Shown here piece by piece: positions 12,307 to 23,096 of a stretch of 64,000 bases of DNA. The position numbers were made by a program, and so were the translations under genes. The notes beneath the pieces are model-generated. The model was given only the letters and a program-made list of their open reading frames with translations. It searched no databases and was not told the DNA's origin. Position 1 is the first letter of the stretch, and each line of letters starts with the position of its first letter. The stretch is from Podospora anserina (Eukaryota): the NCBI GenBank assembly GCA_017654855.1, contig CM030334.1, forward strand, positions 2,294,001-2,358,000, written 5' to 3'.

Positions 12307-14024
12307 CTACTCGGGACATTGGTCGGCCGGAACCGTAGTATAAAATCCAGCCGCTCTCGAGTAGATCATGGGCCCAAGCCCGGCATCTGGATCCTCAGAG
12401 GAACCCTCGTCGCGGGCACCATCCTGGAATCGCCTAGGTTGGTCAGCAGTCTTGAAGGACTGGTCGTGGGCCCGCTTCGAGCCGGCGTACTGCGTTGTCA
12501 TGATGCGGTCAACGGGGCCGGCAGCCGGCGCCGGGAAGTTGGGACGAGCGGCCTGAAGCGCCGTCGGACTCGGCAACGGGAGCTGGCTGGCGCCGGGAAG
12601 CGTGCTGGTTTGGGGTCCGTCGACCTGAATAGGCGGCAGGGACGGCATCTTGGGCGGCGGCATGCGGTGCGAGTTGTGCTGCGGGAAAGCCGGAACCAAG
12701 GGAGGGAGGGTGACGTGGCCAGAGGATGACCTGAAGCCCTGTGGTTGCGCGCTGTCGCGACGAGGAGCCGGGTTGAGAGGCGCATACGACGACTGCGAAG
12801 GCGTTCGCTCGCGCTGTCTGTACGAAGGGGGCGGTGGTGGAGGAGCAGCCTGGTACGAAGTCTGCGATGGGTACGGCGCCGCCTGGCTTGGTGGGTACAC
12901 GGGTGAAGCGGGAACCGAGGGAGGTTGAGCAAAGTTTTGAGGTGGTGGCTGAGAAGGATACTGGCCGTTGGGGCCTCCGTTGAGGAACTGAAGGTGCCCT
13001 CCCTGGGAGCCTGGCTGTCCAGGAAATTGCGAAGGGTAGTCGGCCATCGATGGGCGGCGCTGCGAGTCGGCAGGGTAGGGAGCCCGTTCCGCGCTTCCGC
13101 TCATCGATCGGTTGCGGTTGAAGTCAGGCCGAGCATCGGCCACGGGCGTCGCGGTTCTTCGAGAACGTCTTCGTGCATACTCCTCATCGCCATTGTCATA
13201 GTCACCAGCACCCTTTCCATCACGCCGTCTCATCCTAACATCGCGGCGAATGCGGACACGGCAGCCTTGCTCGGCAACCATGCGGCTGAGAGCGGTGCTT
13301 TCAGCCAAACCAGGGAACTTCTTGGCGCTGTAGACGACGAAGTCCTGCGACTTGACCTCCATCCTGAAGTCAAAGGAGCCTCCCTGGGCCGGGCTGGAGC
13401 TCTGGCCCTCGGAGGCAGAGCTGTCGCTCTGCGGGTCCTTATCCTTGTCCTCCTTGGTCTCCTCGTAGAGGCTGAACGTCAGTCTATAACGGCCCTCGTG
13501 CCTGACAGACAGATCAGGGAACAAGAAATAGCCGGCTTCGGTAGGACGGTCCAGATAGGCCATTCCAGACACGGGCATACCGGTCAAGACGGGCGGCGTG
13601 TTGGCTGCTGGGGTCTGAACGCGACCGTGGGCCATGACTCTGGCATGTTCGAGAGTGGCGTAGAGAAAGAAGTTGGCGTTGTACAGGAAAGTGATATCCT
13701 TATCCTGGGCCGCCTCCCAAGTATGGCCCTCATAGACGCGCAGCTCCACAACGGGAGGCGGGTCGACGGGACGACGGTCAGCCGATGCTATTGCCATGTT
13801 AGCAAACTGGCTGGTTCACATACAAGAACGATCAAGGAGCCACACTCACACTTTGGGCCTGAACCGCATGCTCTCGCGCGCTCGGGTTGCTGGATGACCT
13901 TCAAGCAGTACCACAGGGTGCGTCCTCCCTTGGTTGCGCGGCTAATCATATGCGGAGGATTTGGCTCAGCGACTTCCAGGGCCGGCATGCCGTGAGAGGC
14001 TGATGGAACAACTTGTGCGCCCAT
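12307..14024 (-). CDS. veA: Velvet-family developmental and secondary-metabolism regulator; exons 14024-13850, 13787-12307
   Basis: [25 protein letters not shown], intron, [44 protein letters not shown] and [28 protein letters not shown] form a velvet domain with the VeA-type intron position; Pro-rich C-terminus. Confidence 0.96.
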
Positions 14025-14299
14025 CGTGTCCGATCTCTCGTCCAAATTCCTTTCCTTCAAAAATCCAACAAGACACACTTGTCGAGGCGACAAGCTAACA
14101 ATATCAATCAAACAGACAGACCTCCCTCAAATGCCAAAAAACAACTGTACAAGCGCACCGTATCAGCATCAACTCATGCGCGTCGCCAGATGGCCAAACT
14201 TTCAAGAAAAAATGCGCGAGTGACTGGCTGCAGCTGTCAGTCCGATGCTCATCGTACCTTTGTGGCTCCAGCAACAGATAAACAAGACTCGAACGGTCG

Positions 14300-14300
<1 letters not shown>

Positions 14301-14353
<53 letters not shown>
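14301..14353. repeat. (CAAT)n tetranucleotide microsatellite ~280 bp upstream of the veA ATG
   Basis: About 13 perfect CAAT units. Confidence 0.95.
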
Positions 14354-14356
<3 letters not shown>

Positions 14357-17300
14357 CAAACAGTTCGCAATCGATACCGAAATCCACACAAAAATCCCAA
14401 TGCCGAATTGAATCAAATCAAACCGACAACCGCTTGCAGCATTAGAGTCTGGGTGCGATGCGCCGATGGTGTTGCGAGAAAGCAGGAGTCGGGAGGGTGG
14501 TTGTTGAGTGGGCGAGATGGAGACGGAAGAAGGGGGTCGGCCAGAGGTTCCAGAAACCAGAGTGACGGTAAGCTGGAAAAGCACGGTCGGGTCCGATGTT
14601 TATTGGCCGGTCCACGACTGGTTCGTCTCAGCCAGAAAACAGACTGGTGCTGCCGCCGTCGGTCTAGAGAGTTGGCCGCGACGCTGGATCTCAAAGATGC
14701 TGTCGCTGTCGCTGTCGAGAGGGTGACAGGTTGACAGGTGACAGTCAAAAGTCAAACAGAGTGCAGGAAGGGGAAGACAGGCAAAGAGGAGAGAGCAGAG
14801 AAAAGAGGATCGGTTCGGCGGCCCTGGCCTGGAACGAAGGGGAGCGAGGCAGGGACAGGAAATGAAATGAGCGGGCGCAAATGTGACGGCTCGTGCATGG
14901 GAGGTTGCATCTGAAGTGGGTGCCGGTCTCTTCACACTGTGTGCTACCGCCCGTCTGGAGGGCTCCAGAGTTCAGCGAGTTTTCCCCAGCGGAGAGTCCT
15001 TCCCGACCCAGCGGGAGCGGGTGGCCAGGCCGCGGGGGGGACACCGGGACTCGACACAGTGCGATGTGCATCATTCGAGACATGGGTTGGTCGCTCCCAA
15101 AGTTTCCCCTTTGGGTTTAATGCCGTGCTGCCGTTTCTCGGCCCCACGGACCACCTGCACCCGACCATCTGACCAATCCTTTTGGGGGTTGGTGATCCAG
15201 GGTTCAGGTTCTGCCGCAGCTTTACACGTACAGGTGAGAAGCAACGGACATGATCTCCTCGAGTACCGCAAACGTTTCTTCTTTCCCAGATATTGTCACT
15301 TTTTTCCGCAAACCGGTAAGGTATCAATCAAGATTCAAAACGGGCCAAAACCGTGGATCAAAAACATGGTTGTGGTTCACGCCAACACCAACACTCGGTA
15401 AGGTAACGCCTGTTGCTGCCGCTGTCGCTGGGCGCTGTTACGGCTGCATTTCTCCTGCTGCTGCCGCCAGCCACAATTTCGCCAAAGGCGACCTCGGGCC
15501 CCATTGGCACGTTTTGGCCAGGTGCCGTCCCTCCCTCGTCCCTTGTTGGGAGTCAACACACCCGGTTTGGGGGTGCTTTTGATGCCGAAGAACGGCCGGA
15601 ATTCTGAGATATCGGTATTCAGCCTGTCATTCGAGAATGAATTGAGTTTCCATGTCTTCTTTCAAGCTTCTTCTTCAGCGACCGGGCTGTGCCATGCTGC
15701 AGGGAAACGTGGTGTGGAAAACAGGCCGGTTGCTAGCTCTTAGCTCGGAGATGCCAAGCCGCTATCCATCGTTAGCACCAGATGGCGTGCAAAGCACCTT
15801 TGAACGACCCATGCCAAGCATCGTCCGTTTTGATCTCCGCCTTGACCATCATCAGTCTGACAGTGACTGTGCCAGTCGCCGGGCAGTCACCAGTCCCACG
15901 GCAGAGGACACGTTGGACCGTGCGGGCCACCATCTTGTCGTCTTTGGGTCGTCCGCCATTGGTCAGTTGAAGTCTGAATGAGCGAGACAAGACAAAGACG
16001 AGAGAAGACAAGAGAAGACAAGACAAGACAAGAAACGGCTCTTCCCGTGTTGGGATGTGACAAAGTAAAAGAAAAGCATTGGAATGCTCTCCCATCAAAC
16101 AAAGAAACACCAACATTCCCAGCCAACCTCAGTTCTGGGATCCCCGAGATTCAAACTCCCGGGCCCAGCGTTTTGGCTTTGTCTCTTGCTGACCCGCACA
16201 CACCCGCTCCGCACTCAACCACCAGGCCGGTCCGCCGCCGTCTCCGCCTCTCTCCAGACCCCACGCCTCTCTCCAGTTTCTTTGGTCATCGTTTCGTGGC
16301 GTCGAGCCAACAAAGAATTGGACGGTTCCATGCCCATGCCCACGGTGCCTCTTTGACGTCTTACTCGTGCTTGTCAGCCTGTCGAGCCTGTACAGTAGTC
16401 TGATCGCCGATGACGAAGTCAATGACAGTCAGTCAGCTATAGTGGCATTGCATCGGCCCAAAGCAACCAACCTGCTTCCCCGCGCACCCGCATTGACAGC
16501 TTTTAGCTGATCCTTTCTATCTGCCTGCAGGTACGTAGGTACTATATTGAGAGAGAGAGAGAGAAAGAGATGTAGTATGTGCCCCTCCACCACGTCTCTT
16601 TTCTCGCTACACTAGAAATAAAACGGAAGAGGATGCATCCATATTACCTCCTCGTCCACTCCACACACCTGCGTACGCAACACACACTTTTTCCAACTCG
16701 GTGGTTCTTGGGAGAAGAGCTGCCCTGCTAAACCATGAAACTGGTAACCTCACAACAATTGAATGGGCGTCCATGCTGAGCCACCGTCCGAGACCCGTCC
16801 ACGCGGCCCGCACTACCATTTTTATCTATCTCATTGTTGCCACACGGCTACCTTCTTATCAAGCTTGTCTTTTCAATAGTCATAATTCAGCCTGATGTGT
16901 GCGTGGTCCATCTCCTATCAAGCTTGCCCATTTGACATGTGTAGGTACTTGTCTCGGGGCCGAAGTGATTAAGCCCCAGACTTTGGATTGCACTCGGCAG
17001 CAGCCATAGAGGTTCTCATTTTTGGACCACTCCCTTACAGCAAGCGCCCTTTTTCAGTCTATTCTCACAAAAAAACGGGCCGCTATCCCTGGTACCGGTT
17101 TTTTGGTCTTGACAGTTGTTGACGTCTGGTGCTTGTTCGTTCTAGTCATTTGTATCCATCTTTTGGGCATCCTCAAGTTCCACAAGGCTTACCAAAAAAA
17201 AAAAGGCACACACCAACTTATTAAACCCAACTCCCCACCTTTTGGGGTCGACCATGAGCTGCTGCTGTGTATCATTGGCAAGTCGGGACGTTCGGGTGGT

Positions 17301-17897
17301 ATTGTGTGTAAAACAGGTCGGGTCTGGGTCGGTGACACTTGTGAAGCGTGAGAAAGAAAAAAAAAAGGGCCGCACTGTTTGTGCTGCAAGTGCATTCACA
17401 CGCCATCCACGGAGAGGTGAGGGTTGAGTGGTGAGGGGAGGTAGGCTGACTGGAGGGCTGATGGGGGCCTGAATGAGGCTTTACCTTTACGATAGGTAGA
17501 CTAAGAAGTTATCCTCGTTTTTTGAGGATATGTTGCTGACTTGCTGGGTTACTGGTATGGTAGTATGTCATGGGTGGACAGAAGAATGCAGACCGTTACT
17601 TGGACTGAGCTCCTCAACGATGATTGATAGGCCTTTACTGTTATCCTTCCAAGCCTTGAGCTTGCGTCGCAATTTCCATCATCTTGTCCACAGCGAGGGT
17701 AGGCACGAGCGGCACAAATCCCCTCAGCACGTTGCTTCCTTCCCGCTGGAATCGATTGGCTCCTGCCTTCAACCCAATGGCGGGAAAGCTATTGTAGGTG
17801 GAAGGCATACCTGAGACCGCCCCTTCCAGCTTGAATATACCTAGAGAATTTCACCATTCTGCAACCCATAATTTCAACCACGGCGAAACCATCACTC

Positions 17898-20471
17898 ATG
17901 GCTTCCGACATCTACCAGTATCTGCCTCTTGCGGCGCCAACCAGTATACGTCTTCTGTGCTTGCTCCCAGCCGAGGACCCGACGTCTCCGATTCACTGCC
18001 GAGTCCTTGACTACAATCTCTCGATCCCTGGCGGAACACACTTGTACGAAGCTCTGTCTTACGCCTGGGGGCAAGGGGGCGAAAACCAGCACCACGTTGT
18101 CGTTGACGGAAAGGAGCTTGCTGTGACACCAAACCTCCATGCCGCCCTGCTGCACCTTCGAAATGCACAGCTACAGCGCATTCTCTGGATTGATGCCATC
18201 TGTATCAACCAGCGGGATATCCCCGAGAAAACGAAGCAAATTCAACTCATGGCCCAGATCTACAGCAAGGCGGCACGGGTTATAGTCTGGCTCGGTGAAG
18301 CAGAAGACGATGGGGACAAAGCACTCGAGCAGCTCCGTCAGCTTGCATCCGATGATACAAAGGATGGTGATACACCCAACCGAGAGGTCATTTCATTGCT
18401 TCGGCGGTCGTGGTTCAGGCGCATTTGGGTAGGTGAACAATGGGCTCTTCGGGCATCATATCCAGGCACGTGTGTCACTAACGGTTCTCTCTTACCAACA
18501 AATTAGATTCTGCAAGAGGTCGCGGCCGCACGAAGTATTGTCATCAAATGCGGATCAGTTGAGATTGATGGCCATGCTTTCGCCGTCGCTCTCGACTCCA
18601 AGCTGCTGCCTCGCATCTGCCATACCTTGCCCCCATTGCACAGTCTTGTACAGTCGTTGACGCACCTCATGAAAGGGGCAGTATTTCGTCAAAAAACGGT
18701 CGGTGAGGGCGCCTTTCCGCCACTCCAGGGCCGCCCCATCGGCGAGTTAGTGGATATGTATCACAACCGCGAAGCCACCGTCCTTCATGACAAATTATTC
18801 GCGCTGTATGGGATGGCAATTCCAAGCTTCACACCGGATTACAGTATTTCATGGGACGAGGTGTTGCGCCAACTCTCTCGACGCATACTGGGTAGTACTC
18901 AGCTGATCAGGACATGGAAAAATACAGAAATGGCCGTGATCAGGGGGAAAGGGGCTCTTTTGGGCAGGGTAGCGGAGGTGAACCAAGTCGCCCAGGATGG
19001 GCGGCAAAACGTGGTCATTGACTACACGCTGGCCGATTATGGGTGGTCGCCTGAATGGCCTAGTGAGGCGACGTCCCTCCCGCCATCAGTAAACGCTGTC
19101 CAGCCGGGCGATATTGTGTGCAAGCTGAAGAATGCCGGGAGCCCGATGATCATTAGACCACACGTGGATTACTTCTCAGTTGTCATGGTCACGGTTTCTC
19201 TTAGACGACCATTACCCAATGAGAAGCCGGCTGTTTGGATGACAAAGAGCTTTCTTCTTGTTTGGGACTGGGCACATGGCGCATCAGGCCCCGATGCCAA
19301 GTTCGACGTTCTAGTTGCACGTCATGATCTTGATCACGGGCTCGATGACCGGTTGAGGAGGGGGTTTGACATGGCTTCCGTATTCCTGGAGAAGCCAGCA
19401 ACACTGGCAAGGCCCGTAGATTCTCCCAATCATGTGAAGATACAGGGGCTCCTTAGCGATGGGGTTAAGCTAGCTGAGAAAGAGTACGGGCGCAACGACC
19501 GGAAGACGGTGAACGTAAAGATCGGGACTGCTTTGTATGACTGGGACGTGAGGAAGTTGAGGGAGGTCAGAGCAAAGCTTCGACGACTCATGGAAAAGAG
19601 GCTGCGCGTTGAAGGCCTCTACCCCAACCTGATGACGGACCGTGAAAGCTTGGCCAAGCTGTATAGGAGAGAACTTGAAGTGATTGAGCTGAAACACCAA
19701 AAGGGGGACCAGGAAAACCATCACGCTTGTTCGTTGGAAGAGGATGGTTTGGTACACCAAATCATGTTCTGCGAATTGGCAAGGAGCCCAAAAGAGCACC
19801 AGAATCGCGTTTCACAATCTTTCGGCCCACGTATTCCGGATATCAACGATTTCCTTGAAGACTACCGAGCCATCCGAGGCCTCATGGACATCATACTCAC
19901 GATAAAGGGTGACGGACTCGAAATAAAGATGTATTTGATGAATAGGGTGACGTGCCATCCTCTAGGGGGCGATATGATGTGGTATATATACTCTTGTGGG
20001 TTAGAGGCACGTTTTCCCGAGCCCGACAAAGCCTTGCTGCTTAGAGCAGCGGCGCGCGAGGAGCAAGGGGATCTCATGTTGGAAGCAATCTCGGAAGGAC
20101 ACAATGCCATAAGGCTGAAACTTGGCGATCTGGAAGACCTACTTCTGGCGGGTGCCAACAATAAAAATAGTGGGAGCACAGTCGTAAGAATGTTGCTCAG
20201 TCGTTTCGTGCTGGATTGGAAGTTTACGGTCACAAAGGAAATGGTGATATCAGCTGCTAGCAATGTCAAGCATGGGGAGCTAATATTACGGCAGCTTCTG
20301 GATCACCAAAATTTTGACACACTTGATGTTACTGGCGGGACCCTTAGAGCAGTGATCAAGATGGGGAAGCATGGGCAAGCTATTATGGATTTGCTTCGCG
20401 AGTTTGATAGTGAGCAGGAAGAGCTTGAGAAAAGCAGCTGGCGGCGTTGGCTCGAACGGAGCCGGCATTGA
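17898..20471 (+). CDS. HET-domain (heterokaryon incompatibility-like) protein with C-terminal ~33-aa helical/ankyrin-like repeats; exons 17898-18428, 18507-20471
   Basis: YEALSYAWG, LWIDAICINQ, MAQIYSKAARVIVWLG and WFRRIW/ILQEV are HET signature blocks. A GTAGGT...CTAAC...TAG intron joins the two ORFs in frame. Confidence 0.92.
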
Positions 20472-20688
20472 CTGCCCAACACGGAAAGGCTTTCGCATGA
20501 TGTGCACCGCTCTCTTTGGTCTGGGTACATGATGCACCAATACTGTGGCTCTCCTCGTAATTATTCTCCCTTTCTTCGTCCCTGGCAGCAATTCTCACCG
20601 ACGAGGGTACGCTGGAGCAGCTGGCTCGGAAGATGCAGGTTCTCATAAACTATTGTGTCCCCCAGAAGACGCAAATTGGATACTCTTA

Positions 20689-20997
20689 GAGAGAACCTTT
20701 ACGGAGCCCCCTATTTGTCTTACCAGCGTCCCCCTCCATACGTATTTACTCACCCTGCCTTTAATATAACAAAAGGCCTTTAAACTATCTTTTAAGGTCC
20801 TTGAACTATCTTTTGAGCCCTTTTAACTATCTTTCAAGGCCTCTTAACTATCTTTTCACGTCTTTTGACTATCTTTTGAAGGCTATTAAATATCTTTTAA
20901 CCCTTATTAATCATCCTTCAAAATATAGTTAAATTCTACAGTAAGGGGGTGGGGGGGTGTTGCTAAGATAAATAGGGGGCTCCGTAAAGGTTCTCTC
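20689..20997. mobile_element. Non-autonomous TIR element (MITE-like, possibly Mutator-derived)
   Basis: Left end GAGAGAACCTTTACGGAGCCCCCTATTT is the exact reverse complement of the right end AAATAGGGGGCTCCGTAAAGGTTCTCTC (28 bp perfect, ~45 bp imperfect). AT-rich interior, no ORF. Confidence 0.88.
20775..20921. repeat. Degenerate ~21-bp tandem array (core AACTATCTTT) inside the TIR element
   Basis: 6-7 units such as GGCCTTTAAACTATCTTTTAA, GGTCCTTGAACTATCTTTTGA and GCCCTTTTAACTATCTTTCAA. Confidence 0.9.
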
Positions 20998-23096
20998 AAC
21001 ATGATACTCTTATCACCGTAGAATTACAAGCAGCGGAGCTCCAGTGTGCTCCCGTTTCCCCCCCCCGCTCCCCCTCCTCTTGATAACTTACCTATGTAGC
21101 ACAGGAGGACACACCCGAAGCATTTTTTTCTTCTTCACCTTATGACACACACACCCGAACAACACAAGAAACACAAGCCAACTCCGGCGCCGGAGACTCG
21201 GGCGTTCCACATGCACACTTACACAGAGAAGCTTGACGCGTACCATCTGAGTTCCCTACCCATCCCGGCTCCATGGGCAGCGGCACACAAACAAACCCTG
21301 TACACCCCATGAGAAAAAAAAATCTGATATATTTCCCACCGGTCAGTCTTTGACGTGGTACACCAAGCCATTCATGTCTGGGATTTTGTTTTGGTATATA
21401 CGAACTCTACTCTTGTCTCACTTTGCTTTGTACCCTGCCCTCAGACCTTATCACCCTATCACCCTATCACCGTATGTAACCCGCCCCATCGGTATATGCT
21501 TTGCATATTTGTACAACGGTAAATGGCGTGGTTTTTCTTTTCTTTTTTTTTTGGTTTTTTTTTTGAGATGGTGGTGGTTTCCGGTGCTGGAGATGATGTT
21601 TCAGACAGAATACTTACATGCTGTGTCTACCCGAGTCTTGGGATCGGGAGGGTGTTCTGTCGGCCTTACACTCTGGTTTGGAGAGAATGGACAGGTGCCT
21701 GGCCGGACAGGGGGGAAATTCCACGTGAGTGAACGCGGATGTTTTTCTGCCTTGCTGTTTCTTTCCCGGTCCGTCAACCGGGCAAATGCTTGTTTCATCT
21801 TTTCCATCCCGTCTATCTCTTTCCCCCTGATGAGCCAGGCCTGTCCTTGTCTCCATGTGTCTCCCCCTGCCTGGTATCTGTGTTGTCTCTTTCTCCCTCT
21901 CTTCTATCAAACCCGGGCACTTTCCGCACGAGGGTTGATTTAGCTATTGCTTGTTTTTAACCCTTCAGTTATAGATAATTTTTCTTCTTTTTTTCCCATC
22001 ATCGATAAAACCTCAAACTGAGCGATACCCCCACAGTGCGAGAATATTTCTTTGTCTTCGCTACTCTACACCCTCTCACCCCCCGGATATATGTCTGGCG
22101 GGAAGTTGATCCTTTGTGCAATAATTCTATCCTTATATCCCCCCCAAAGGAAGTCCCACCCGACACTGTGGCTCCTCATCGCCTTGACCTTTTCCCCCTC
22201 CCGTCCTTTGACACCCTATATCGTGACATTTTACCCTACCCCATGCCCGCGGTTTCCATGGCGCGGAAGTGGCAACCAACTAACAAAGAAAATGGCAAGT
22301 TCCGTGAGCCTCGAGACTGTTGGAAAGTGGGAGCATACTTGAAAAGGGCGGCGTGAGAGTGGCTTGAGGATAGGTGACGGGTTCGGTGGGATCTAGGGAG
22401 TGGCTTTTAGAGGAAGACAAAGAGTGATGGTTTGGGGGTGTCGTGTGGGGGATGGGAGGGGATCGTACTCGTTATAGGGGAAATAAAGACGACGGAGAAT
22501 GCTTGTAGCCGAGAGGGACATGTGAGATCGGTCATCTGCGAATAGAAACTTAAGGTTTAGGTAGGGGCCCTGGGAGCCTCGAAAAGGTTTACGATTTACC
22601 GCTAGGGGTGAGATCTGGGACGGATGGTCTTCTTTCGGGGATCTCATCTCGATCGTAGGGAGCGGATCGAGTATGTGAAAGATGACTGAGAAAAAAGGGG
22701 AAGTAGAAAGAGCAATGGGTTGTTTTGTAGACGGTTAATATGGACATGTGAAGTCGATGTAAGGCCTTTACCATAGTACGTGGCGTATCACTAAACATAA
22801 CAATTTTGTGAATCTCATCTATTTCCTCCTGGCCCCCTTAGATAAACAACAGTAATCCTCGCCCAGTAAACAAACCCTCCTTCCATTTTCTTCGCTAAAA
22901 CCCCGACCATCAAGCCTTATGTACAGAACAGAACTCAAGTACGTAAATACGTTTGTCAGGGCAAAAGAGCAAATTTACCCCCCCCCTTAACCATTTTAAT
23001 GCCGCATGTCATGAGAAAGAAACAATACGCTGAACCAACAACCCCCCCATTCTAACCCCCTTCCCCTTCGAGAATCCTGTCCCTCAACAACAAAAA

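Noticed and set aside
12925..13995. 356-aa ORF antisense to veA
   Set aside because: Shadow of the velvet coding region.
20775..20921. CRISPR-like appearance of regularly spaced repeats
   Set aside because: The units are contiguous degenerate 21-mers without unique spacers, lie inside a TIR element in a eukaryotic genome, and have no cas genes nearby.
21449..21471. CACCCTAT tandem as a telomerase RNA template
   Set aside because: It does not match the TAACCC template expected for TTAGGG telomeres, and no pseudoknot or CR4/5 element could be identified by eye.
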